Virus record (IMG/VR): IMGVR_UViG_3300008259_000034
Coordinates: 1-62,744 of that record
Direction: 5' to 3' (one strand)
DNA from: a virus
Lineage: Duplodnaviria; Caudoviricetes
Length of the DNA: 62,744 nucleotides
Under the pieces are notes generated by a model that saw only the letters and a list, made by a program, of their open reading frames with translations, searched no databases and was not told the DNA's origin. Below, piece by piece: positions 28,864 to 38,937 of the stretch. The number at the start of each line of letters is the position of its first letter. Within the stretch, counting starts at the first letter, position 1. A program made the position numbers and the translations under genes.

Positions 28864-29885
28864 TAGTAAGCGCCTCCAAATTTCGCACAGTTTTGACCGG
28901 TTGTAGGATTGCTACCTCTGTATGTCAATCTAATAGCACCATGACCGCCACGTTTACCGTGATCACGGACATCTGGGCATGGGAATGACGGAGGAGCACC
29001 AACACCGTATGGCAAGTATGGGTAGCAACCGTTTGAATCATAGCAACCGCAACCTTGGTTACCGTTATAGCAACTGGTCCAACCAATACCGCCACCTGGC
29101 CAACGACTTGTTTGTGCTGTAGCATGCATAGAACCCATCTTGCCTGCTCCGGACCACTGATCAAATTCTGGATCGGAATCTACTGCATAGGCCATGAATG
29201 CACCTTTTTCGCCGTATATACCTGCCGCTGCCGCCAAGTAAACTTCTGTTTGACATGGGCAACTTGGTAAACAACCTTTAAATGCTACGTAACTAATACC
29301 ACCGCAGCAGTTGATATCGCCGCCGTAGCCGCAACCAATCCAAGCACCAGGGCACTGATTACAAACAATACCACAGTTATCACCTGGTAAACGTGTTGTA
29401 CAGAATGTACAAAATAAGAAACAGCAGTATGCTGATGTAGTTGTTGAGCAAATTGATGTGCCGCCACGTCCGCCCTGAGCGCACAAGCAACCTCGAGTAT
29501 ATCCACAAAGATCTCTAGCACAATCCCACACCAAATATGATGGTAAGCCGCAACCTTCAAAGCATAAGCTATGAGCGTTACATGCTTGACTTGGGCAAGC
29601 GCATATCCAACTACCGCAATAAACTGCGATTGTTTTTTTGACATATCCAGGAGCATTACCTGGAAGTCCGAATCCGCAGCAACACATACGTGAACTACCG
29701 CCAGCGGCGCCCCACATCTCAATAGTTAATGTTCCACAACCCGGAGACATCCAGCAATATCTACTTGAATCATGGATACAAGTATACATTGTCGTAGGCG
29801 ATACTGTCCACACTCTACCTCTTTCGAGATTAGATTCGTTGGCTTTGATCTCTCTTGTAGACAAAATATCTGATAGTTTTGTCAT
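28863..29885 (-). CDS. Cys/Gly-rich protein, paralog 1
   Basis: 340 aa, about 36 Cys; EMWGAAGGSSRMCCCG...PCPDVRDHGKRGGHGAIRL. Confidence 0.8.
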   Translation of the reverse strand: MTKLSDILSTREIKANESNLERGRVWTVSPTTMYTCIHDSSRYCWMSPGCGTLTIEMWGAAGGSSRMCCCGFGLPGNAPGYVKKTIAVYCGSWICACPSQACNAHSLCFEGCGLPSYLVWDCARDLCGYTRGCLCAQGGRGGTSICSTTTSAYCCFLFCTFCTTRLPGDNCGIVCNQCPGAWIGCGYGGDINCCGGISYVAFKGCLPSCPCQTEVYLAAAAGIYGEKGAFMAYAVDSDPEFDQWSGAGKMGSMHATAQTSRWPGGGIGWTSCYNGNQGCGCYDSNGCYPYLPYGVGAPPSFPCPDVRDHGKRGGHGAIRLTYRGSNPTTGQNCAKFGGAY

Positions 29886-29898
29886 TTCGTGTTCCTAA

Positions 29899-30225
29899 TT
29901 ATGGTCCAATGAATACCCAGCCAAATGCTGCGCCGGAATAGATCATTGTTACTGCTGCGTTGTTTAAATTTAAAATTAAATCTTCAGCTAAATTTTGTAT
30001 TTTCACACCATTTCTTGCTAGCGTTACATTGTTTGTACCAAAAATACCGGCTACGTCGATAATTTGAATTGTATCGCCGTCTGCTGGTGCAGGTGGTAGA
30101 GTAAGTGTAAAGCCGCCTGCAGTTGCATTAGCGAAAATTCGTTCGCCTGCGGATGCGGTGTATGTAGTTGTAATAGTCTTATTAACAACTGCATCTGTTC
30201 CAAAGGATGTTACCTGACGTCCCAT
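29899..30225 (-). CDS. Small fibre domain protein (T4 gp34 N-terminal repeat-like)
   Basis: FTLTLPPAPADGDTIQIIDVAG...IY...GW pattern. Confidence 0.6.
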   Translation of the reverse strand: MGRQVTSFGTDAVVNKTITTTYTASAGERIFANATAGGFTLTLPPAPADGDTIQIIDVAGIFGTNNVTLARNGVKIQNLAEDLILNLNNAAVTMIYSGAAFGWVFIGP

Positions 30226-30242
30226 TTTATGTTTCTCCTAAA

Positions 30243-30572
30243 TTATGTTGTTGAAGTTTCGATTCCAAATACAGAAACTGATATGTTTGCTGTAGTGGAG
30301 TAGACAACCACGTACTTGCTTGCATTAAGCATGATGCCTGTTCTTTCTAGAACGCCATTACCACCGAGGATAGTATCATACTCGATGAATTCTGCTGCGC
30401 TAGGGGCCACCGGTGCTACGTTTCCTGTTAAGGCTATTCTAATAGAAGCTTGTGTGGCTGCTCGGTTCAATACCGAAATACTCAAAGCTGTAAAATAACC
30501 AGTTGGCACTGCATATACCTGTGTATATTGTGCTGCATTGGGTGCCGATTGTCCTAATAATCCTGTTGCCAT
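30243..30572 (-). CDS. Small beta-sandwich virion adaptor-like protein
   Basis: 109 aa; VYAVPTG...N...; similar to 44887-45222 and 49544-49942. Confidence 0.6.
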   Translation of the reverse strand: MATGLLGQSAPNAAQYTQVYAVPTGYFTALSISVLNRAATQASIRIALTGNVAPVAPSAAEFIEYDTILGGNGVLERTGIMLNASKYVVVYSTTANISVSVFGIETSTT

Positions 30573-30585
30573 TATCGATTCTCCA

Positions 30586-33500
30586 TCAATTATTCAATAA
30601 AAAGTAATTTAAAGCAAGCGCGGTACCGTCAATACCACCTTTGAAATTCACCTTAGTATTTATGTTAATCTGAACAGAAGTAGTTGTACTGATTGTCTGT
30701 CCAGCTATATAGATTACGCCGGCTGTGAGGGTATTTACGTTCAACTGCGATCCACCGCCACCGATTTGGCTGGTGATATATGCTTTAATAGCTCGTTGTG
30801 TTGGTATTACTGCATCTGAGTTTAGTGTGAAATACGGATCTGTTGAAAATTCTTGAATAACTGCACCAGTACCACCTAGTGCTACAGAACCCAAGCTCAA
30901 TTCGTTCAATCCTGCAATGTTAAATGCATCAGCATTCAATGTTGCAACACCAGTCGATTGTTCAACGTTAAACAATCCACCAACTCTAAAGTTACCATCT
31001 TGGTCGGTGGAAGTGTAGAACACTCGTCCGCCGCCACTATCCACTGCTTCGTTTGCAGGAATAGCATCGTATAATGGTAATCCTGGATAGTTAGTATTCA
31101 CTTGATTTCCAGTACCGATGCTCAAGAAGTCGTGACCTGTTAATCGAACCTGACTATATCTGCGTCTAATTGTTGTTGCAGTTAGATGATCAGGAGCCTC
31201 TGCGTTATTAATTGGGGGGCTAATCTGCAATGTGGCTGAATATAATCCAGTATTTGCATCTTGCGCCACACCAGTAACGTTAACAAGTCTATACCAAATG
31301 TCGTCAATTCCTGCAATTTGTACGTTAGAACCCGGGAACGGAATTCCAGTTAAATTGGTAAATCCAACATAACTACCCAATTGATAGTTGTCTGAAAAAC
31401 CGTTACCTGTAACCGTTGAAGTAGCTGTTGCGTATCCTGTACCTCTGTTAGTAAATGTTGGTTGTGCAAGAGCGCCATTTGCAATTCTTACTGCCACCGG
31501 CGCATCAACTCCTGTGTTATTTGGGTCAGTGATTGTCATGGTTGGCGCTGATACATAACCAGATCCAGGCTCTCTAATCCAAACTTCACTGATTGCATTA
31601 TTAGTAACATAGGCTCTAGCCATGGTTGTAGCACCTTGACTAATATTCAATGCACCAGCAATGCCGTCACTAAGGACTACCCATCTTGGAGTTCCGCCAG
31701 GATTTCCTAACACCGATGCTTGATAAGCAGCACTTACTGTGCCAGTCATTGATCCTGTTGCAGTACTCATTACAACAGCACTGCCGCCTTTGCTAAGAGA
31801 TACTGTAAATTGTGTAGTCCCGTTAACTGAAGTAATAAAATATGGTGTATCATTACGTATTCCGCCAATCACTGTTCCAGAGAATCTAATTCTTTGGTTT
31901 ACTTCAAGCACAGTAGAAGGTGTTGTCATTGTTAGATAGTTTGTATCCAATACAAAGTTTAAACTTTCTGCTTTATTGCTGCCTGCACCAGAAAGGACTA
32001 CGTTACGTGAGTTACCATAGATAGCTGCTAACCATGTGCTAGTCGAAGCACTGGTTGGACCTTCTACCCATGTTGACCCGTTAACTGAGTATGCTGTACG
32101 TGTGCTGCCATAAGCAAACGCTGTAAATGCACCGCCACCGTAGATAACTTTGTTCCAAGCTGCTGCTGCGCCTGGCATTGTTGCGGCGGTCCATGTAGTA
32201 CCGTTTGTTGAGAATGCTGCTTTAGTTGTTGTTGTACCTGTTGTGTTACCTGCAACTGCTACAAATCTACTACCTCCGTATGCTACAGAACTCCATACAT
32301 CGGCAGTTGGCATAGTGTTACCAGCTGTCCATGTGATACCATCTGCAGAGTAAGCACTCACTTGACTAGTTCCAGATGAACCCGAAACTACAACATAGTA
32401 AGTGTTTGCACCAACATTACCGTAGGCAATACTTGTGTATTCTGTTGAGCTAGGACTAATTGTACCGTTGAGCCATGTAACTCCGTCGAATGAATAAGCT
32501 GTTCTGTTTTGCGAACCACTGATACCTACAAACTTATCAGCACCATACGCCATATCTGACCAACCGCCAGTTGTAGGAATAGCATTGAGAGTTGACAACC
32601 ATGTTGTGCCGTCTGCAGAGTAAACAATGTTGCGTGAATCTTGAATTAATCCAACATACTTAGTAGTACCATTAAAAGCCAATGCTGATACTGTATAAGC
32701 AGAAACGCTAGGCATTGTCAAAGCACTCCAAGTCATACCGTCTGTTGATGTTGCACCAACTATCGCTGCTGCATTATCGTGACCAATAGCAACAAATTTT
32801 GTTCCAGTCCAAATAACATCAGTCCAATAGCTTGTGCTTGGCAATGTTTGTGCGGTATATGTTGTAGCAGTTGTATCTTTAGATGTTGATGTTACTGTTA
32901 CAGTTGTATACTTGCCGTCACGCACAGTCCAAGTAACACCATCTGGTGAACTTACTGCGTCTGAACCATATGATGTTACATAGAAAACACCTTGTCCGTA
33001 TTGAATTGACGACCATTCGTAGATATTTGGTAGTACACTTCTGGTCCATGCAATGCCGTTCAATGAATAAGCTGCTTGTGCTGCATTATCAGCAATTGCA
33101 ACAAATCTGCCATTACCGTATGCAATGTCAACCCAGTTAGAGTTAGACGAATCATTGTTAGTTGGCAGTTGAACTACGGTCCATGCACCACCATTATTAA
33201 TTGAATACGCAGAATTTCTGCTGCCGCCACCTTGCACTGTAACAAATTTTCCACCACCGTATGCAATCGCTGTTGATCCAGCTGCAAATGTACTTGCAGT
33301 CCAAGTCACTCCACCGTTTGTTGTTCTTGCATAAGTGGTTGATGAGACCGATGCTTGAGCAATGGCCACAAATGATCCATTACCGTAAGCAATGTCTGAC
33401 CATGCTCCTGCACCAACAGATCCAGCGGACCAGGTAGTACCATTTGTAGAGTAGTAAGCATTTGTAGATCCTGAAGCAACTGCCACATAGTAACCTACTC

Positions 33501-36500
33501 CTGCCACAGTACCGTAATCTATCGCAGTCCAGTTAAGGGCCGCTGGCATTGTCATTGCAACCCAAGTTGTGCCGTTTATTGATGTTGCTGCTGCGGTTGT
33601 TCCGTAAGCAATAGCCACATAGTTTTGTGTTACTGCTGTACCACTACTTGTTATTGTAGCAACACCGTTACTACCCGAAGCTATGGTAGCAACAGTAATT
33701 GTAAGGTCATTAGCTGGTGTTGCACCACCTAAACTTGTACCTAGAATTGTTAATGTATTTCCAGCAACATATAGAACGCCTGGAACATTAACAGCAACAG
33801 TGTAGACTCCTTCTCTACGAGTAACATCAAATGTGGCCAATGTACCTGCGCCACCAGTTGCAGAAATACTGGTGTAAGAACCAGTACCGTCACCATAGGC
33901 AACGTCAGTCCAATTTTGAGAACTTGGCAATGTTGATGTTGATGTTGTAAATGGAGGTTCGGTAAATGTTAATCTTGGAGTAATTGTATAAGTTGTTGTT
34001 ACAGAAAGAGCAGCTTCGATAGCTGTTCCTGGAACTACGTGATCCCATCCAGCCGTTCCTGTAGATTCTTTAGAAACCAAAGCTACTTTACTTGCTGCAT
34101 TGTAAGCTGTGATATAACCAAACTGGCCAGCGCCTACACCTGCTGTCAAGTAGATAAACATGCCAACATATGCCGCACTTGCTTGATTATCAGCAGCCGC
34201 TAGTGTAATTTGTGTTGTCGTTCCGCCTTGAGCAGTGTTAGAAGATGTTAGATAATTGTATCCACCACCACCTGTTGAATCGCCTGGATCAACCAAACGA
34301 ACTTGGAATACACTGCCATCACGGAATTCGTCGCCAACTGCGGCTACACTAATTCCTGAGCCAGAAAATGTGTAAGCCGCAGAGCTGTATTCAGATCCTG
34401 CATTATTATACTCTAAAGCATATACAACATCGCCGCTGGTCATTACGTTGGCAACTCCTGCTTCAGCAAGTCTATTGGTAACATTACCAGTAACTTCTTG
34501 TTCGCTAATATCGATGTATTCTGCAACAGCACCAAACGTACCGTAGGAGTTGTTTCCGTTTGTAGCACGAATCTTACCACCGTTCTCAGCTAGGTAACCA
34601 ATGTAGTTATAGTATGAGAATACAGAAACAAGTTCAGCACGGCCTAAGTTAGTAACCCATGCACCAATACCATCTGATAGTACTTGTGTAAAGTCGTTTG
34701 ATACAATAGAATCGTTACCACCTGCGTGTAATGATCCGTCAATTTTTTGTCCTACGCAACCAATACCAAATGTTGTTACGTTTTGTACATAAGTCGATTT
34801 GTTTGTGACCCATACTCTGCTATCGCTTGGACCCCATCCTGGGTCAAGAGAAACGTAAGCGCCTGCATTTGGACGTTTAGTTCCGTATTCATTTGGCTCC
34901 GCAGTTAATGGAGACTGATAAGCAGTAGTATTACCATCAGAACTACCATCTAATCCTAGCAATGTTTGATTGCGGATGCCAGCGCCATTACGTACATAGT
35001 ACATATCTTCAAGTTTAGAACCTGTTAATGCGCTTCTGTAATAACGTGCGGCCATTACAGAATTGTAGTTACCTGTGTTTACTAGATCATCTGCTATGGC
35101 ATTTACATAGTTAATGACATCATTTTGACATCTTGCTTGATTAAAGTAATAAGTTACAGTCATTGAACCAGATGCTGTAGACAGATCTTTTACTGCTCCG
35201 CCTAAAGTATCGCTGATTTTAAATGTTGTGCCACCGCCAATGTTAACAACATAATAAGTTGTATTGAGAGCAACACCTCCAAACACTGTACCTGTAAATC
35301 TAACGGTATCGCCCACTACCATCCAAGTAGTGTCGCCAGTTAGCGTATCAGTAGTTGAACCAGTTGTGGCTGTAACTGTTGATTTGTTTGTATTAACAAT
35401 GTATGCTGTTGCTTCTGCTGCTAAAAATGCTGCGTTTAATCTTAAATTTTCAGCACCATTGAGCATTGATAACTCAATTGTTGGTTTTACAGAGCCGGTT
35501 ACTATTGGGCGTGTGCCAGTGTTGACATAACCAATAATGTCTGTCCATAAGTTATCTGCAAGAACTACTGCGCCCGATGCAGCAAATAGCGATGCTTTCT
35601 TAGAAACAAAATTAATAATTGCATTGGTTGCAGCTAGTTGATTAGCAATTACTACCTGTGCGCTAGCTGTACCTCTGTAATATGATAGACCAGATTGAAT
35701 TGACAAGAAGTTTGATCCAAACATTAGATCATACATTAATGCATCAACCATATAACCGACATCTCGAGCACATGTAGCTTTAGTATATTTTAATGTTGGA
35801 TAGTTTACATCAACATAGTCAGTTGCATGCGTTTGAATATCTGCTTTAGCAGTAGCTAATGCTGCGCCAGCAGTTACCAATGCACTTGATACCCATGCTG
35901 TACTTGGAGCGATAGTGGTTGGTGTTGTGCCAGTGTTGATAGTGTCGTATACTTCCTGAATACGTGCTTGGGCAAATGTTGCTGCTGGAGCAGAACCAGG
36001 TGTTCCTGATACATCTTGACTTAATGCTGTTGTTTTTGTCCAACCTGCTGTGTTGCCTGTGGCAATATTATCAATGATGTCTTTGATACGATTTTGCACA
36101 GCCAATGCCGGTGCTTTTTCTACAGTTGGCTCAACAAATACACCATATGAATAATATGAACGAGCCACAATTTGTGTGGCCAAATTACAACCGCTTGTTT
36201 CGCCGTAGGTTAAATCATACACTAAGGCATCAACAATATAGCCAACGTCGCGTTCGCATTTAGTTCTGCGTGTGCCTGTATAGGTAAATCCTACAAACGG
36301 GCTAACGCTTCCTGCAATTTGTGCAAGAATCCAAGTGCTAACTTCGTCAACTAAAAATGCTTTGTTAGCAAGAATTAATCTGCGAGCATTACTATACCCA
36401 CTGCCATACCCTGATGGGTCTGGGTAAACATATGAGTTCGCGGCCCCAATACCATTAGTTAAAATGTCTCTAATTTCAGTAGTATTATTCTGTACCGACG

Positions 36501-38880
36501 TTACTGCTGTTGAGCTTCCCACGCTACCTGCAATCTGTGCTGTGGTAACTTGAGTTGCTGTATTTCCTGTTGTAGGAGTAATTGTTGTGTTGACAATAAT
36601 TTCATCAGTGATTGCTTGTAATCTTTGAAGAGCCGATACTGACTTGACTTTATCATTAGTTGCAATAATTTTTCCTGCTGGACTAATTCTTGAAGAGCGA
36701 AGTTCGTCACCAACAATGGCGGTATTTGCTGGCACACGCATTGGTAATACTTCATAGAATTGTCCAGTTTTTACAAATACTGTATATCCTGGAATATCTG
36801 CTACTGGTAAACTGTTGGTGTTGCCGGCAGTTAACGCATCAGTTACTACTGCTGTTAATGCTGTTGCTAGAGTGGTGGTTCCACTTTCAGCAGTATAGCT
36901 AGTATTGATATACTGTTTAATTCTGTCGCCAGAGCCGATACCATTTAATGTTTGATAATTGCTTGCAGGAGCAGTGTTTGCTAGTATATTACCCATCAAT
37001 GTAAGACCGTAATTGATAGCGGCAACTGTTTGTGCAACTTGTGTGCCAAACGGTGTTGTAATATAACCAGTGCCTAGTGTATTATAATAGGTTCTAGCAG
37101 CTTCAATAACTTTGACATTTCCGCTGTGAGTTAGATCATGAATAATTGCGTCAACTAAAAGTCCCATATCACGTTGGCATGTGGCTTTAATGTAGCTTAG
37201 TCCAACAAACGGGCTTACTGCATTGGCAATTTGATAGTCAATGTATTCAACAATTTCTTTCTGAATAAACTGTCTATTATTTTTTAATAGGAATCCTGCA
37301 TTAGCATTTTGATAACCATTTTCAATTTGTTCAAGTGCGTATCTTAAACTTGCAAAAGGCTGATCGATAGTTAACCCGTAAGTTGGTGCTGGACTGTTAA
37401 CGCCGTTAGGTCCAACATAAAATACTTTTGCTACACGACCAAAATAGGTCCATGCAGGTAATCCGTTTTCAACTGCAAGCACTTGACCTGCATCACCAAC
37501 TGGCAAACGTGTAGCGCCTGCGCCACCATAGTATACTAAATCTCCAGTGGTAGTTAGAACGCTTTCTTCGTTACCGCCAGTTAATAAATTCCAATATGTT
37601 CCAGCAATGTCAGTTGTTGGCTTGTTTGGTGTTCCAGCAGTATGTGTAAGGATGCAAATATAACTGTTTGTGCTGTCTTTGATTGCATCGCCTAATTCGT
37701 ATGCTGTTCCAGTTAACCAAGCACCGCGCCATTTGATACCTTCGTTTAATTTTGACCAGTATGTGGCATTTGGTGGTTTTTGTGATTGGTTATCAAGTAA
37801 TGCAACATATGTATACCCACCGTTGCGAACAATTTCGCCAATACGATAAGCAGTACCGTTACTCCAATCGCCTACAAGACTAAATCCTGTAGCAAATAAT
37901 GACCAGTCTGTTGTGTTTGTTGATGGTGGGCTTCCGGCCGAACCAATGTGCGCTGTTTTAGAAATATAATTATTTCCGCCATACTTTACAATGTCACCTG
38001 GTTGATATGAATTAACTGATGACCAGTTTGTGCGATACTGTACACCTTCAACAAATTTATTCCAATTGGCTTGATCAGTTACAAAACTTGCTGTGCTTGT
38101 ATGACTGGTTACACAAATCCATGTGCCGCCGCCATTTTTAACAACGTCATTAACTTTATAACGAACTGTCGACCCGCTCCAATCACCTTTATATTCAATG
38201 CCTTGATTAAAATAATCCCATTTGCTTTGATCTACTTCTAGTCCACTGGCAGCAGAAGCATTAGATGTGTGATATGTGTTGCACACATAAGTTGTGGCAC
38301 CATATTTTATTACGTCGCCAAGTTTGTAACGTGTGCTAGTAGCCCAATTGCCTTTCCATTCTATACCGCGTGAATAGGTATCCCAGCTGCTGGAGTTGGC
38401 TTCAAGTCCTGCTGTAGTATTTGCTGCAGATGTGTGAGCAGTATTACAAAGATATACAGATCCGCCGTATTTAACAACGTCATTGACCTTGTAAGTTATG
38501 TTGATAGCCCAATTGCCCTTCCAGTCAAGTGACTCGGCAAATAGATCCCATTTACTTTGATCAAGTTCGAGCGTAGATTGACTTGCGTGACCATCTATAC
38601 AAATATAAACTAGGCCGCCATATTTTACAATATCGCCAATTTTATATAATGTACTAGATGCAGTCCAGTTTCCTTTCCATACTTGACCGTCTGAAAATTG
38701 ATTCCATTTTGTTGGAACGTTATCTAAGTTGGTATAAAAATCCGCAGCAGCAGTATGTCCTACTACGCAAAGGAATGTTTTACCGCCATAATTAACGACG
38801 TCGTCTTTGTAGTATGTTGTTCCAGTTGTCCACTGATCTTTCCATACAAATCTAATTCTACCTAATTTAAATTCAGCCAT
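30586..38880 (-). CDS. Giant modular fibre/baseplate protein (2764 aa)
   Basis: N-terminal CBM5/12-like repeats, split beta-helix, four helical C-x-(R/N)-D repeats, propeller repeats, C-terminal RLTGHDFL...TDQDGNFRVG domain. Confidence 0.85.
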   Translation of the reverse strand: MAEFKLGRIRFVWKDQWTTGTTYYKDDVVNYGGKTFLCVVGHTAAADFYTNLDNVPTKWNQFSDGQVWKGNWTASSTLYKIGDIVKYGGLVYICIDGHASQSTLELDQSKWDLFAESLDWKGNWAINITYKVNDVVKYGGSVYLCNTAHTSAANTTAGLEANSSSWDTYSRGIEWKGNWATSTRYKLGDVIKYGATTYVCNTYHTSNASAASGLEVDQSKWDYFNQGIEYKGDWSGSTVRYKVNDVVKNGGGTWICVTSHTSTASFVTDQANWNKFVEGVQYRTNWSSVNSYQPGDIVKYGGNNYISKTAHIGSAGSPPSTNTTDWSLFATGFSLVGDWSNGTAYRIGEIVRNGGYTYVALLDNQSQKPPNATYWSKLNEGIKWRGAWLTGTAYELGDAIKDSTNSYICILTHTAGTPNKPTTDIAGTYWNLLTGGNEESVLTTTGDLVYYGGAGATRLPVGDAGQVLAVENGLPAWTYFGRVAKVFYVGPNGVNSPAPTYGLTIDQPFASLRYALEQIENGYQNANAGFLLKNNRQFIQKEIVEYIDYQIANAVSPFVGLSYIKATCQRDMGLLVDAIIHDLTHSGNVKVIEAARTYYNTLGTGYITTPFGTQVAQTVAAINYGLTLMGNILANTAPASNYQTLNGIGSGDRIKQYINTSYTAESGTTTLATALTAVVTDALTAGNTNSLPVADIPGYTVFVKTGQFYEVLPMRVPANTAIVGDELRSSRISPAGKIIATNDKVKSVSALQRLQAITDEIIVNTTITPTTGNTATQVTTAQIAGSVGSSTAVTSVQNNTTEIRDILTNGIGAANSYVYPDPSGYGSGYSNARRLILANKAFLVDEVSTWILAQIAGSVSPFVGFTYTGTRRTKCERDVGYIVDALVYDLTYGETSGCNLATQIVARSYYSYGVFVEPTVEKAPALAVQNRIKDIIDNIATGNTAGWTKTTALSQDVSGTPGSAPAATFAQARIQEVYDTINTGTTPTTIAPSTAWVSSALVTAGAALATAKADIQTHATDYVDVNYPTLKYTKATCARDVGYMVDALMYDLMFGSNFLSIQSGLSYYRGTASAQVVIANQLAATNAIINFVSKKASLFAASGAVVLADNLWTDIIGYVNTGTRPIVTGSVKPTIELSMLNGAENLRLNAAFLAAEATAYIVNTNKSTVTATTGSTTDTLTGDTTWMVVGDTVRFTGTVFGGVALNTTYYVVNIGGGTTFKISDTLGGAVKDLSTASGSMTVTYYFNQARCQNDVINYVNAIADDLVNTGNYNSVMAARYYRSALTGSKLEDMYYVRNGAGIRNQTLLGLDGSSDGNTTAYQSPLTAEPNEYGTKRPNAGAYVSLDPGWGPSDSRVWVTNKSTYVQNVTTFGIGCVGQKIDGSLHAGGNDSIVSNDFTQVLSDGIGAWVTNLGRAELVSVFSYYNYIGYLAENGGKIRATNGNNSYGTFGAVAEYIDISEQEVTGNVTNRLAEAGVANVMTSGDVVYALEYNNAGSEYSSAAYTFSGSGISVAAVGDEFRDGSVFQVRLVDPGDSTGGGGYNYLTSSNTAQGGTTTQITLAAADNQASAAYVGMFIYLTAGVGAGQFGYITAYNAASKVALVSKESTGTAGWDHVVPGTAIEAALSVTTTYTITPRLTFTEPPFTTSTSTLPSSQNWTDVAYGDGTGSYTSISATGGAGTLATFDVTRREGVYTVAVNVPGVLYVAGNTLTILGTSLGGATPANDLTITVATIASGSNGVATITSSGTAVTQNYVAIAYGTTAAATSINGTTWVAMTMPAALNWTAIDYGTVAGVGYYVAVASGSTNAYYSTNGTTWSAGSVGAGAWSDIAYGNGSFVAIAQASVSSTTYARTTNGGVTWTASTFAAGSTAIAYGGGKFVTVQGGGSRNSAYSINNGGAWTVVQLPTNNDSSNSNWVDIAYGNGRFVAIADNAAQAAYSLNGIAWTRSVLPNIYEWSSIQYGQGVFYVTSYGSDAVSSPDGVTWTVRDGKYTTVTVTSTSKDTTATTYTAQTLPSTSYWTDVIWTGTKFVAIGHDNAAAIVGATSTDGMTWSALTMPSVSAYTVSALAFNGTTKYVGLIQDSRNIVYSADGTTWLSTLNAIPTTGGWSDMAYGADKFVGISGSQNRTAYSFDGVTWLNGTISPSSTEYTSIAYGNVGANTYYVVVSGSSGTSQVSAYSADGITWTAGNTMPTADVWSSVAYGGSRFVAVAGNTTGTTTTKAAFSTNGTTWTAATMPGAAAAWNKVIYGGGAFTAFAYGSTRTAYSVNGSTWVEGPTSASTSTWLAAIYGNSRNVVLSGAGSNKAESLNFVLDTNYLTMTTPSTVLEVNQRIRFSGTVIGGIRNDTPYFITSVNGTTQFTVSLSKGGSAVVMSTATGSMTGTVSAAYQASVLGNPGGTPRWVVLSDGIAGALNISQGATTMARAYVTNNAISEVWIREPGSGYVSAPTMTITDPNNTGVDAPVAVRIANGALAQPTFTNRGTGYATATSTVTGNGFSDNYQLGSYVGFTNLTGIPFPGSNVQIAGIDDIWYRLVNVTGVAQDANTGLYSATLQISPPINNAEAPDHLTATTIRRRYSQVRLTGHDFLSIGTGNQVNTNYPGLPLYDAIPANEAVDSGGGRVFYTSTDQDGNFRVGGLFNVEQSTGVATLNADAFNIAGLNELSLGSVALGGTGAVIQEFSTDPYFTLNSDAVIPTQRAIKAYITSQIGGGGSQLNVNTLTAGVIYIAGQTISTTTSVQININTKVNFKGGIDGTALALNYFLLNN

Positions 38881-38908
38881 TTAAAGCTCCGTTTATGCTC
38901 TTATATGA

Positions 38909-38914
38909 TATTTA
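38909..38914 (-). promoter_or_regulatory. Late promoter core TAAATA
   Basis: Intergenic, upstream of SD GGAG and ATG 38880. Confidence 0.65.
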
Positions 38915-38937
38915 TCAAACTTTTGTAAGTGTTATAC

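Noticed and set aside
26640-29885. Cys-rich genes as RiPP precursors or selenoproteins
   Set aside because: Too long for precursors, no radical SAM or peptidase nearby, and no in-frame TGA.
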